Part shown: piece after piece, positions 37,246 to 50,062 of the stretch
How the letters are laid out: every line of letters begins with the position of its first letter
Numbering within the stretch: position 1 is the stretch's first letter
Origin: Sphyrna mokarran
Lineage: Eukaryota
DNA length: 64,000 nt
Direction of reading: 5' to 3'
Assembly: GCA_024679065.1 (NCBI GenBank)
Contig: JAGIQG010000002.1
Location: forward strand, 92,814,001-92,878,000
Made by a program: the position numbers and the translations under genes
Notes under the pieces: generated by a model
Seen by the model: only the letters and a program-made list of their open reading frames with translations
Databases searched by the model: none
Told to the model about the DNA's origin: nothing

Positions 37246-37820
37246 GTGAACAGCTACTTTGCCAGTCCAAAAATTCAGTGAGACTATCTGTCTACTTAAA
37301 ATGTGTATCTCTGGTCTGTTACAATAGCTGACTGTTTGTCAGAATGGGAATCAGGATGAGGAGATAAGTGAGGCTGTTAAAGAGAGAGCTGAGCTGAGAT
37401 ACGAATGGGTTTGGGAGGGCAGTGTGAAATTAATGTTGAATAGTTTTGGGAAGTAAAAACAGCCAGAGTGGGTACACTGCCTAGGAAGAAAGCATTCATT
37501 CAGAGAAGAAGATGCCGAATTATGCTGGCAGTCAAAAATTGAATTTTTTCCTCCAGTAAACTGATTGGAGTGAGATAGCTTTCATTAGCTTAGACCAATT
37601 AGCCGGTATTCCAATCAAAGATAGTATTACACACAAGATGGCAGTTATAAAGCTACTTATAGAGGCAGTTTTATTAAGGTTAAAATTAGCTCTAAACTAT
37701 TAAAATGTATGCTTAAAATGCAATTTGAACAAAATATTAAAAAATAAATTACACTCTGCCTTCCAAGTTCTCCATTTTTGGCCTTAATTGATCCCCATTC
37801 GACCAAACAAAAAAAAAACT

Positions 37821-37936
37821 CAACATTCTGACAAGCTGAAATAAAAAGCACAATGTTGTGGACATGTGCAGTCGGAGTGTCAGCACCTGTCAAGAAAAAA
37901 CACAGGTTAATATTTCAGGCAGAAATGCTTCATCAG
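37821..37936 (-). mobile_element. Penelope-like terminal repeat with hammerhead core
   Basis: Reverse strand: CTGATGAAGCATTTCTGCCTGAAATATTAACCTGTG..CAGGTGCTGAC..TTTATTTCAG. Confidence 0.6.
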
Positions 37937-38479
37937 CTTCAGGTTTCAGTACTTCTGTCTTTTGTTTTTACAGATGTTGACACATTGGGTTTGCATCTTA
38001 AGCACTTTCTATTTTTTTATTTCTCACTTCAGTGACCTGTCTTAGATTAAATTTTATGAAAAAAAAGGACTGCACAGACTGCCAAACAAGCATTTTCAGC
38101 CAATCAAAATCCACATTTATACGATTGGCTCAGTTGAAACATGGATATCACTATATTGGTCTTCATTATACCAGATGTTTGGATCAATGGCGAACGAACT
38201 GTGTTCATTTATCTTACACTTATAATTGTGCACAGTCCTTACCTGCATTATTGTATGGCAACTGCTAGTTATTCACGAACTATTTCAGCATGTTGACCTT
38301 GACAGGGGATCCACAAGTTGTGAGCAGACATCTCTCTTCAACCAATCAGATTGAAAGATCCATGCAGACCACAAAATTGAACAAGGCCTGAAAACAGACA
38401 TGGGGATCTCTATCTGTAATTAGCCTGCCTCATAGATCCCAATGTAGGCAGCACACAAACTGTATTGTTTGCTAAGTTG

Positions 38480-40900
38480 CATGACAGCTGCATGTACCTA
38501 GTGATAAACGTACTGCTGAGTAGTTCACGCCTCAGAATTGGGCCTGTGATGGCGCACCACTTAAAGCTAGGCAGAGTCACTTAAAGCCAACCTGCATCTC
38601 TTAAAGGGAGTGCACTCTATCTCGAGCAGAGGCTAGAGCTCACTGCAGAAGTGAGTGTGCCCCTAACAGGAAGAACATTGAATTATTGCACAAAAGGGCC
38701 TGTGGCAAATCCAGTGGCTCGCTGACGTTGTGCTGGGCACTTTGGATGGGGGAATGCATAGGAGAAGGGAGGTTTTTTTACCAACAGGGGAAACCTGAGG
38801 CTCCACAGATAAACTGTTACTGCGGATAGCCATGGCAGTTTAGTGCCAGGAATCCAGCTCCAAGGACCTGGATACAGGGCTGCAAGAAGCTCAATAAACT
38901 CACATGAGTAGTCAACATTAGTAAGTGTTGTCAACTATCCCAATTATCCATAGTTGACGACGCACTAACTAATGTTGACCATGAGCCTCATGTGCTACTC
39001 AATTGGCCACCTCATCACTCTTTTATCACTCTTGACTCATGCATAACATTCATAAACTTCACCTCGTCCTGCACACTTGGCACAGCTGCAAGTCTGCAAC
39101 CATAACTCGAATCTTGCAGGCAATATTCAAACATGACAGAAATATCAGCCGGGCAGATTGCAACACAATCACTGACACTTCACTTTTGCTGGACAAGATG
39201 GCGCATAATTAGAAGCAACAGCATTGAACTGTTAGGGGATGGGCTTGACTGTATGTCCTAACACTGATGGAGGAGACAATGGTTGCTTTATTGGAATGGC
39301 TGTTGCTGAGGCAGTGACCAAGGTTGGGGCTGAAACCATCAGAGCTCTCCTCTTTTTTATTCCTCCTCACATCTCACTTTATCCTCATCCCACCATCTCT
39401 ACTTACTTATAAGCTCTAGATGGTTGAACTTGGGCCTTTTGCTTCTTCCCCCTCTCCTCTCTACAGCCCTGCACTTGTGCCTTTCCTTTTTAAAATCCTC
39501 AAGAACTGCAAACTGCTTAGGGAGCAGAGGAGCAAGAAAACCAGAAATATAATACTGAAGAAGCACCATTATTTACTCTTATGCTTGCAATCACCTGTCC
39601 AGATATTGAAACTGCTGTACTTCAGAGACAGGTTCTGCTCACGGTAATGCACGAGACAGGAATGATGTGCAGTCAAGAAAGAAGATAAGGATGGCACGGG
39701 TGCTAACTTGCAGAGGGCAAAGTTACACACAGAGGACTCAGATGAGGATTTGACTGCAACAATCTACAGATGAAAATGTTTGATCGATGGATACAGTAAA
39801 ATGCTTTGTGCACGAGGCAGACTTACCAGGAAACCTGAGCCTAAGTCAAGAAACATGGAGGAGTTTGAACCAAGTTGGAACAGAGCTTGATGCCCATCCT
39901 TTCCAGCATGGAACTGCTGATCAACTCCATGAAAACACTTGTTGGTCCAAGTATGATAGACTAACTGATGGGCAATATCCTCACTTCCATTGCAACATGG
40001 GCTGAAGCCACTCAATGTCTGAGAGGAAGCTCAGACTGAAGTCATACAAGATCACATTGCAATTCTGCTAGTTCAGATTGGCCCTACCATGGCTGAAAAT
40101 GCCAGAGTTCGAGTGGTCACACAAGTTCTCACAGCATTCCTGAAATCCTCCTTTCAACTGATGACTAGAATTCACAAGGTGTCACTCTCTCTCTTTGAGA
40201 CAATGTCAGTGTGGGAACAAAAACCTTCTAACTTCTGTGTTTGTTCCACCCTGTTTGCTGCCTGTCAGCTATACTGTTGTCTTCAATGTCAAGATGCAGT
40301 CCAAAGCCAAGCCTCCGAAGGTCAGAGCTGCTTGAGTTCATGTTGCAGGCTACCTCCTCCCACAAAAACCGAGCAAACCTTCACGAACCATGTAGGCATC
40401 GCTTGGCTGCACCATGTAAAAACAGGAGGCTAAGAAAAGGTACCTGCAAGACAAGAACTGAAATGAGTCACCCACCTTTGTATGTAACAATGGATTGTTT
40501 ATTTGATAAAGTTTATTTGAAAGCAATATTTTGAGTTTGCTTTTATTTTTGTATTGTGGACTGGAGAAGATCAGGTGGTCAGTAACAGAAAATATCAGAG
40601 TCTTGGGAAATAGAGAAATTAGATTGCTTTTACAGGTACCAGTCAAGTGAGTCAACCATGGTCAACTTGACTAATAAGGGGTTGCATTGGTTGCCTCCTC
40701 CCTTCATTTCTTCCTTTTCCTTTACAGCTGGTCCCAATATATGAATGCAAAGGCTGTACCTCCTGATGGTGAGGCTGTGTAGCAAACAATAGACTACAGT
40801 GAGGCCTGAATCATGCTCTGCTAAGTACTGCAGGGTTGCTAAACATGTCTACTGGCCAGAGGTTATTGTCTAATTATTCTTCAAGCAATGGTATCCTCAT
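38480..40900 (+). mobile_element. Decayed Harbinger element carrying a Myb/SANT (NAIF1-like) ORF2 relic
   Basis: 38842-38916 reads SARNPAPRTWIQGCKKLNKLT*VVN; 39192-39281 reads DKMAHN*KQQH*TVRGWA*LYVLTLMEETM. Outer boundaries are approximate. Confidence 0.65.
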
Positions 40901-41573
40901 TGTTGTATCCATGATCAATGCTTTTTTTGGGACTCATGAAAAGTGGTTGAATGGTTATATTTAATTTTCATACACTAGTGAAAAATATAGAAATTCACCT
41001 TATAATCACAAAATCCTTTACATGATGGATTCTGTCTATTTGTGTGAAAATTATACTTCAATTTATTGTAGAAATGCCCCTTTAGCAAACTGGTGTGGGT
41101 TAGATTTGACTACAGATGATATGATGTGTGGGGAATAATTAAAAAAAAGGTTTGTAGGAGATCTTTTATCAACTGTTGTTAGCTTTGTGACGTTTAAGGA
41201 GAAGAATACTTTATTAGAAAATAGACAGCTAAGTTCATTTTCTTTACAAAGTTCCATTAACTCTTTAACTTTTTCTACTCCATAAACTAATAATTTGTAA
41301 AAGACTATCCTCTGATTTTGAAGATGCAGAGGCTGCCATTACTGCTGTGTGCAAGAATGAATCATTCAAATGTGCAGTGTCTGTTGAATTAATGAGAAGA
41401 CACCAGAATGTGTTGCATTTTAGCTGCTGAGTGTAATTGGATAAATCTCTCCCATCTCTGTTAATAACCAAGGATATCAGTCTAATAAAATAATTTTACT
41501 TTATGTTGAAACTGTAATAACTCTTCTTTAGGTCCTGTCAGTTCAATGTTGAATTCCATAAAAATATTCAATG

Positions 41574-42032
41574 AAAATTGGCATGTCTGCTACAACTCTC
41601 ACCAACTTCTACAGAAAGCTTTCTTTCTGGTTGTGTCACAGCTTGGTATGGCTCCTGCTCTGCCCAAGATCGCAAGAAGCTACAAAATGGAGCCCAATCC
41701 ATTGACTCTGTCTAAACTAAACCTTGGAAAAGCAGTCAGCGTAATTAAGGACCTCTGGACATTCCTTCTTTCAAAGGGAAAAAGATATCAAAGTCTTAGA
41801 ATGCGTACCAACCAACTGCAGAAAATCATCTTTCCTGTTGCTATCAGAATTTTGAATGGACCTCCCTTGCATTAAGTTGACCTTTCTCTACACCCTAGCT
41901 ATGAATGTAACACTGCATTCTGCTCTCTCTCCTTTTCTATGTACCATATGCTATGTCTGTATAGCGCACAAGAAACAATACTTCTAGCTGTATACCAATA
42001 CATGTGACATTAATAAGTCAAACCAAAATCAA
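41574..42032 (+). mobile_element. Rex1/Babar-clade LINE 3' end
   Basis: TLTNFYR..SGCVTAWYGSCSAQDRKKLQ..GKRYQSLRMRTNQLQKIIFPVAIRILNG; 3' UTR ends TACATGTGACATTAATAAGTCAAACCAAAATCAA. Confidence 0.88.
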
Positions 42033-42181
42033 GTGGCCAATACAGCAGCTTTGAAAGTGAAGTTTTTAAAAACCTTTGACAAATTCTGAAAGCAGTTTTA
42101 ACCACATTCCAATTGTTCTGTGTGAGCAGGGTTAGACGACAACAGTGGAAACTCTTGGCTAAGGAAGACCTTAGATAAAAA

Positions 42182-42303
42182 AGCTGGGATTTTCCAGTTC
42201 CATTGTGGTGGGACTTGCTGCATTTGGTGACCCAGTCAAAAGTCTATTGACTTTCAGGTAGATCAGACAATCCCAGTGATGGGCGGGACTGGAAAATCTT
42301 GCC
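42182..42303. mobile_element. Short MITE (~120 bp)
   Basis: Terminal inverted repeats GCTGGGATTTTCCAGT / ACTGGAAAATCTTGCC. Confidence 0.75.
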
Positions 42304-44635
42304 ATATGTCAGACTTTTATTTAACTGGCGTATGGGGCTGCACTCAATGGGTATCAAATCCAGACATGTTTAAAAATTACTTTGCATGGTTGCTTGGACT
42401 AGGATTACCTGAATTTTTTCCTTATCTGCCAGGGAAATCACCAATAATTCTGCCCAGTACTAGTCTTGCATTTGGATCCCCGAGCTATTGAGTATCTTAC
42501 AGGACTACTTCAAATAATGTTAAGAATCTGCCAAATCTTGTGGAGCAAGCCATATCACTTACCTTCTCTGAAGTTGAAATCTGTGTATCAGCCAACCCAG
42601 CGATAGATGTGGCAATGGAGGGTGGGAGGGTAGCATCAATGATTTGTTCACCTCTGCCACCCCCTCCACCCCAAGCAAAGATTTACTACCTCACTGGGAA
42701 TATCTGTGACAAAAAGCTATAAACACCCAAAATGGAAGTAGCAACTCTGACTTGCACTTACTGAGCTGCACCTCACTGTGGCGACTCACCCATTGCCGTG
42801 GTCACCTTGTAATATCACTGAAGAAAAGGGATGCGGGAAAGATCACAGCTTCAGATTGGTTGGAGGACAGAACAGTCCAGAATTATCCGCTACCAAAAAT
42901 GAATGCTGCCTGTGGCGACACAAATGCCTGATCTCTCATGTGGTTTGTGCAGCTGAGACTTCTCAGCGAGCCTGATGTCAACTCCCATTGCTGAGAACAG
43001 AACCATTTGGAATGGCTCATAACTGGTGAGATCAGTGAGTCCCAGCTATAAAAATGAAAAAAATGGTCTATCAGATTCATTCAGGTAAAACTCTTGACAA
43101 ATCTGATCTCTCTTGGAACTTAAACAGAAGATTGTGAAATCTGAGGGAAACAGGACAAGTGGGGTCTTTTGCTGAAATTTTAGCAATAGGTCAATTTGAC
43201 AGTATTTTAAAAGAAGTATCAGAATGTTACAAGTGGTCCTTTTTTCAAATGGTAGATGAAGGAGAACCTGGAATAAAAATACTACCTCTCTGGCATGTTG
43301 TTCTCTCCATTAGACACCCCCTCTTTTGGGCCTAGTTACCTCTGGACCTGCCTCACCCTTTCCCATAACCTATTCCTTGAGACCCCAATCACCCCCACCT
43401 CCCTCACAACCACTTGGTCTTTCTCTACCTGAAGCCTGCCGCTTACTTTTTCCTCCAGGCCCCAGTCCTTACTACCAGACAGCTAGTTGCAATGCTGCTT
43501 CCAGCCACTGCAGCACTATTTTGTGGACTAACTTGAAAGCTGCCAGGCAAGCAGGTAGCTCTCCAGGATACGGTATCTTCTTGGCATTGGGCACAAGTTC
43601 CATTGTCTGCAAATCAATGCCCACTAAAACATTTAAGTACATTGGGGCTGATGGAATCAGAGAAATGTGCTCCCGACCGACTCCTCTGATGGTAGAGGCA
43701 GAGTTCGTGCCATCCTGAAAATCCTAGTCTGTCTTTCTGTACTCTCGGCAAAAGCTAATGTTAAATGCTTAAGAAACCTGTCCTTCAATATATTTTTAAA
43801 AGTTAGTTCAAGTAGTGCTGTTCTAAACCAGCCATATACGAAGGACTGTAAATTTACAACATTACAAATTTACAAGTTTACGACTGTAAACTTGATTGAC
43901 AAGAGAAAATTCAGCTTTAAGGAAACAATAAATTTTTATTAGTGAGTATTTTATAGGCACCAAAGCTGCTTCATAGCTTTTATACTTCTACTCTGCTGTA
44001 GATTTGGAAACTTGATACACCTGTGTATTCACTAAAAAGACTGTAAAATTGAAGTGTTCAGAATTGGACTAAATTAGGTGTGAAATTAGTCCCCATGACG
44101 ATAATTTTCCAGGTGGAAAATGGACACAAAAAGTACCAAGATCCTGGTTTATGCCCCAAGGACAATTAGAGAACAACATGGATTGTGTAGTTTTTTTAGA
44201 GACTGGGTCTGTTTTTATCCAGAAATCTTCAAAAATCGACGGCACAATTTCATTCTGTACCACCTTGCTGTCGCACTTGATGCAAATTCTAAACACGTTT
44301 TCAGGTTTAACTTATAGCTTTGAAAACCTAAGTAAAATCCTCTTACATATTCCCTACTGTAAACAAAACCTACTTCTTAGTCTGTCCTTGCAGCTGAGGA
44401 TACTAGATTTCATGCAGCTAGATGTCTGCTGCTGCTTTTCCACTGCTGTGGTTTCCTTTTCTGCTGCACACAGCATTTCAGGTAGAATTAAACCAATTCA
44501 GTTCATATTCATTATCAGATCTTGCCCGTTATCTTCTATTTCCTGCACTATCTCTCCAAAGATCCCATTGACCTTAGTTGCTGCAGTCTTGCACTTGGCC
44601 TAACAGTTCAACAGTCTGTCCATGAGAGAGCAAGA

Positions 44636-44716
44636 AATAACTTGCATTTATATGTATCTTTCAAGACTTAAGGATGTCCAAAGTGTTTAAGTCAATTAAG
44701 TACTTTAAAGTGTAGA
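44636..44716 (-). mobile_element. DeuSINE / L2-type tail
   Basis: AACTTGCATTTATAT..GGATGTCCAAAGTGTTT..AAGTACTTTAAAGTGTAG. Confidence 0.6.
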
Positions 44717-44844
44717 TTCATCTCATCTAGTGTAACATAAAGTGAACTGACTGAGAAAGCTTGTCTGGAGCATAAATGGTAGTCAAATAATCTTCTATGC
44801 TGCAAATTCTCCTTGACCTTGCGATTATAGTTTTAACTTACTTT

Positions 44845-45130
44845 CCTTGGGGTTCATGGGAATGTGACTGTTGCTATTGAGGCCAACATTTGTTGTCAGA
44901 CTTAAGTGCCATTTATTGTTATCTCTCAGAGAGTGGAATGTGATAGGTGGGTAGCCAGCAAAACGGAGTTGAGACTATAACTAGATTAGCCATGATCTTA
45001 CTGAATAGCTCAAAGTCTATTGTTGCTCCCAAGCCCCATATTCCTGTGCCCTTGAGAAAGTGGCAGTGAGCCACCTTCTTGAACCATTGCAGTCCAATTT
45101 GGTGCAGGTACACCCACGATGCTGTTTGTT
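44845..45130 (-). mobile_element. LINE family B 3' tail interrupted by a + strand CR1 tail (44911-45045)
   Basis: GCCCTTGAGAAAGTGGCAGTGAGCCACCTTCTTGAACC is LINE-B. The insert ATTAGCCATGATCTTACTGAAT is flanked by GTGCC at 44906 and 45046. Confidence 0.65.
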
Positions 45131-45152
45131 ATGTCTTTCCAAGTGTTTACGG

Positions 45153-45425
45153 TTTATTTATTAGGGTCACAAGCAGACTTATATTAACACTGCAATGAAG
45201 TTACTGTGAAAATCCCCTTGCCACCATACTCTGCCTGTTCAGATACACTGGGGGAGAACTTAGCATGGCTAACTCACCTAACCTGCACGGCTTTCGGACT
45301 GTGGAAGGTAACCAGAGAACCTGGAGAAAATTCATGCAGACTCCTCACAGACAGTGATTCAAGCCTGAAATTGAACTGGATCCCTGGTGCTACGGGGCAA
45401 CGGTGCTAACCACTGTGCCACTGTG
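45153..45425 (-). mobile_element. V-SINE variant with alternative (Rex1-like) tail, internally deleted
   Basis: Reverse HE1 head (GGTGCTAACCACTGTGCCAC) and V core, but tail TTTATTTATTAGGGTCACAAGCAGACTTATATTAACACTGCAATGAAG. Confidence 0.88.
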
Positions 45426-45832
45426 ATTTTGATTCAGCATCAATGAAGGGATAGGCATATATTTCCAAATCAGAATGGCCTTTACATTAGAAGTGAACTT
45501 GTAGCTGCAAGCATTTCTATGGGCAGGAATTTTGGCACCTACCAAGGTCATCAACTCATTGTTCCTGGCCACCTAACAACAACTAATTACCTTAGTTGAC
45601 TCCCTTTTTCATTACGTTTTTCTCCACTTTGTGATGGACAGGAGAGAGCTGATAGGGATGGTTTCCCCTGCCCATCTCTCTATTGACTGAAGACAGATGT
45701 ATTTTAAAATGTGTCTTCAGTCTCTGAGTACTGCAACTGTCAGGAATAGATAAATGACAGGTTTTCATTTGTTTTAAAAGAAATGCATATGTTTATTATT
45801 CAATGAATATATATGCAACCATACCCCCACAA

Positions 45833-45867
45833 CAGACAGACAGACAGACACACACACACACACACAC
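45833..45867. repeat. (CAGA)n(CA)n microsatellite
   Basis: Seen directly; lies in an LTR-like segment that may start TGTGATGG at 45630. Confidence 0.9.
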
Positions 45868-46290
45868 TCTCTTAAGAAAAGATTGTGTTAAAAAAAGTAG
45901 TAAGCATTTAAATTTGTTTTTATCTGGAATGGATTCTTGAAAATTATGCCAGACTGTAATTCTTTTTGGTGCACTGAAAAAAAAGAGGTTTAGGCAGATG
46001 GAATTGTTGTGGTTTATTGCTCTCAGTTGTAGATTTCTCTTGTTCCACTCCAGTTAAGAAGCTTTTAAAGTTCTGTAGTGAAACCCTGGTTTGGTTTTTC
46101 AAGCAGCAAAGTAGTAATAGCGGGTGCTACTCAGCAATAACCTTTTCACTGACTTTCAATGTGGTTTCCACCAAGGCCACCCAGCTCTTGACCTCATTAG
46201 ATAGTCTTGATCCAAACTTGGACAAAATAACTTAACTTATGAAAGCGTCTGCCCTTGGTATTAAGCCAACATTTAACCGAAAGTGGTAAT

Positions 46291-47156
46291 AAGGAACCCA
46301 ATCAAAATTGAAGTTAATGCAAATCAGGGGACAAACTCCTCATTGGTTGGAGTCATGCCTAGCATAAAGGAAGATAGCTATGATTATTGGAGGCCAATCA
46401 TCACAGTCCTCTGACATCGCCACAGGAGTTCCTCAGGAGAGTTTCCCAGGCCAAACACTTTCTGCTGCTTCATCAATGACTTCCCTCTATCATAAGATCA
46501 GGGATGTTTGTTGGTGGTTGCACAATATTCAACACCATTTGCAGCGACTCATTTACTGAAGCTGTCCATGTTCATATGCAGCAAGACCTGAACAATATTC
46601 AAACTTGGGCTGATAAATGGCAAGTGATATTTATGCCAGGAATTGATCATCTCCAGCAAGTGAAAATCTAGCTGTCTCCTTTTGATATTCAATGGCATAA
46701 GCATCACCAAATCCCCCTCTGTCAATGGATTGGGGATTGCCATTGACCAGAAAATGGACTGGACTGGCCAGGAAAATATTATAGTTACAACAATAGTTCA
46801 GAGATTGGGAATTTTGCAGTGAGTAACCCACCTCTTGATTCCGTAAAGTTTGTCCATCATCTACATGTTACAGGTCAAAAGTGTTATGGAATACTCTCCA
46901 CTTTCCTGGATGAGTACAACTCCAGCAATACTCAAGAAACTAACACCCAACAATAAAATAGCTCATCTGATTTATACCGCATCCATCAATGGTGAAGGGA
47001 TTGGATGTTTAATGATAGCAGTTTACAAGGTGCACAGCTGCAATTCACCACAGCTTCATTGGCAGCATCTTCCAAAGCCCTGTGATTTCTACCACCTGGA
47101 AGTACATGGGAACACCATCACCTGTAGATTCCTCTCTAAATCGCACACCATCCTGA
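46291..47156 (+). mobile_element. LINE family B RT C-terminus, left part
   Basis: GVPQES, QQDLNNIQTWADKWQVIF, IYMLQVKSVMEYSPLSWMSTTP. Confidence 0.9.
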
Positions 47157-48089
47157 TCTCCCCAAAATATTCTCAGTGCCGAATTCACAAGAAAACTGGG
47201 TAATTCACACAGTTTATTTCAGTGGGAGTTTACACTTGAATCTCCCACATTCTGTGCACTGCAGAGACCACCAATGTGAATATCATTACATTTCAGGAGG
47301 TGGAGCCTATGCCTGCCTGGGAGGGTGAAACCAGCAGGGTCTCTGCACATGCGCATCAATCCCAAACTGTTAGCCTTCCGTTTGCTGACCAGCTCGATTA
47401 CCTGCCAGCCTGAGCCCCCCACCTCACAGTCTGATCGTGGCTCTCCTCACTATTTCTGAGACAGCCCCGATGCTCCCCCTTCCCAGTGATGACACCTCCT
47501 CATCATTCCCTGCAGTGCAGCCCCTTCTATTGACCTCCACCACCCGTTTTCAGCCCCTACCCCACCACAATTCAGGACTCGCCACAGAGCCCACCCCGAT
47601 TGCTGGCCTCCCTCCTTCCCCTATGGGTAGCAGCGGGACCCCCAACAGATGGCCCCTCCCTATAGATCCCACCCCTTGGCACTGCCCACATGTCTGATGG
47701 ACAGTACCAAGATGTGCCATAGGCATGAGCACTTTGTACCTTGGGCAGTGCTAGGAACACAGGCTGGTACTGCCAAGTTGCCCAATACTTCCCCAAAAGT
47801 GGAGAGCAAGTGTAAACCCTGCTGGGGTGAAACATTCTGGCAGGGTCTGAGAGGCTTGCAGGCCCGGAGCCTTCAGTCCATGGCCTGCAAATTACATTTA
47901 AATTGGATTAAAATTACTTATCTGGTCTTCCCTCATGTTTCCAGTGGTGATCCAATGGCATCAGAAATGCAACACTGTGAGATGTGCTTGTGGCAGGAAC
48001 ACATGCTTGAATCTCAAGCATGCCCAGCCGCGAGATTCTCCCACCCACTGCATTTGAAAATTAGCACGAAGGGGTGGGAGTATCACCCG
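47157..48089. mobile_element. GC-rich non-autonomous DNA element nested in LINE B
   Basis: Ends ..TGATCTCCCC / GGGTGGGAGTATCACCCG; LINE sequence resumes at 48090. Confidence 0.7.
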
Positions 48090-48250
48090 CTATATTATTG
48101 TTACTTTACTGTCACTCCCTTTGTAATAGCACACTGATTGTAGTGGTTCAAGAAGACAGCTTACTGCCAGTTTCTTAGAGGCAATTAAGAATGGCAGTAA
48201 ATATTGGCCTTGCCAGTAATGCCCACATCTCATGGAAGAATTATTTTAAA
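48090..48250 (+). mobile_element. LINE family B 3' tail, right part
   Basis: GTGGTTCAAGAAGACAGC..GGCAATTAAG..GGCCTTGCCAGTAATGCCCACATCTCATG. Confidence 0.85.
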
Positions 48251-49162
48251 AAACGGCTTCATGGCCAACCCAGTGTCTCTGTCTACTGATTATTCTTTGG
48301 CACGCTCTTGATCCTTCTTTGGCCTGGGTGGTTTTTCCTTTGTTCCAGAAACATGCTTTATTAAATGTTCATATATCTGTCAGGTGGCCAGAGCATAATT
48401 TTTCCTTTGCGTTCACGAATGTTTTTTGCTGGCTGGCTCAACAATCTCCAGCAATGGGGTCTGACTTTTACCCATTCACGTATCATCATGATCAAATAGG
48501 GTATTTCTGATGTACATTCTCTGAATTTCAATTCTGGGATCAAAACGTCTGCAACCTGTAAAAACGTTTTTTGAATTATTTACCACATGAAACGTCTTTT
48601 GCATTTTAATGACTTTTCAAAGCTATGTCCAGGAAGTTCAATTGTATTTCAATGAATTGTCGAAATATCAAGGTTAACTCGAGAGTCTTGTAGTTCCATG
48701 TGTATTAGCAACAAAGAGAAAGGGTGGCTGACTTTGCAGTTCCATTTTATTGTAAGGTAAAATAACCATTCTCTATTTTATACACCATAAGTCCATATGA
48801 CATGAGTGTGACAACTTGTTCAAACCTTCTTTCTGCTGTCCTTGTAATTTTGCAGCTGGAGCTACAAGGATCTCTTCAAGAAGATAAAGTTCAAGGACAT
48901 CAGTAAATGGGGTTGTCTCTGGTGTAGTTGGATGGCAGGGATAACAGAGCAGTTCCAGACAAGTTATAGAGGATGTGTGAGAATGATGAAAGACAGATGA
49001 TTGTGATGTACCTCACAGCAGATTGTAACTAGTCCTATCATGCAATCAGGATAGGACTCCCTTTTGTGATGGATTTCTTTTTAAACCTTTGGAACATTGA
49101 ACTCACTGTGATTCTTTCCTTACAAATTTATGTTCCATTGGTCATTTTGCCCTTTCTGAAGG

Positions 49163-49466
49163 AACAAAGATTCGTACAACACAGAAGGTGGCTATTTGGC
49201 CCATTTTGCCTGTGCTAGCTCCAATTCCTACTCTTTCAGATAGCCTTACAATTTTTGCCCCTTCAAGTGTTTATCCAATTCTCTTTTTAAAGTTACTATT
49301 AAATCTTTCACAGCCGTTTCTGACAGTGCATTTCATATCATCATAACTCCAAAAAAAAGCTTATCTCACCTCTATCTTCTTGCCAATTACCCTCAATGTG
49401 TGTCCCTTGGCTAATTGATCATCCATCAGTGGAAGCAGTTTCTCATTGTTTACTCTATCAAATCCT
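49163..49466 (-). mobile_element. CR1 LINE 3' end
   Basis: ACAACACAGAAGGTGGCTATTTGGCCCAT..TTATCCAATTCTC..AGCAGTTTCTCATTGTTTACTCTATCAAATCC. Confidence 0.8.
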
Positions 49467-50062
49467 TTCTTTCAGTACCTAAGTACTGACCCTCAAGATT
49501 TAATTTGGACAGGTCCTGATGCAAGTGTATCAACGTTTCATCTATGTGATTTGTCCTTGAGTGTGTGCGTCCCTTTTCATGGATAGTTTTATCTAGTAAG
49601 AGTAAATCAAGAATTCTCTTGGGATTCAAGCTATTTCAATGCAATAAACTTTTCTTTGCTACTTCTGTTGGACACTATTCCTGATTTAAGATACGACCTA
49701 TTGCTGTTTTTGTCGGTATTTGGTTCATGAGCACAGTATTGTTTTTGGAAGCATTTAAGGGTTTGTAAGAACTTGCTGAACCAGTTTTCTCAAGGTGCAC
49801 TGTCATAATCGTTGTTGTCTTCTTAGCTATATTTTCTACTTTTAACCTTTTCTTTCCTTGAATCTGAGCTAAAAGAGACGCTCAATAATCTTCCTACAGT
49901 CTATGGCCTTGTAAAACTGGAGTTATATGGACCACACTTTTCATTTTCATTTCTCAGTAGCTCTATTGATATATGATGGCCTGGTGACTTTGAGTTTTGG
50001 CCTGACTAATAATTCTATTTGTAAATCAGAAGATTGATTTTGCCCAGTATCTTTTCCTGAAG

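Noticed and set aside
47437-48137. Cluster of overlapping ORFs up to 162 aa
   Set aside because: They lie inside a GC-rich non-autonomous element and have no protein motif.
48856-49000. Exon after the strong acceptor TTTTGCAG at 48855
   Set aside because: No convincing donor and no recognisable peptide in any frame.
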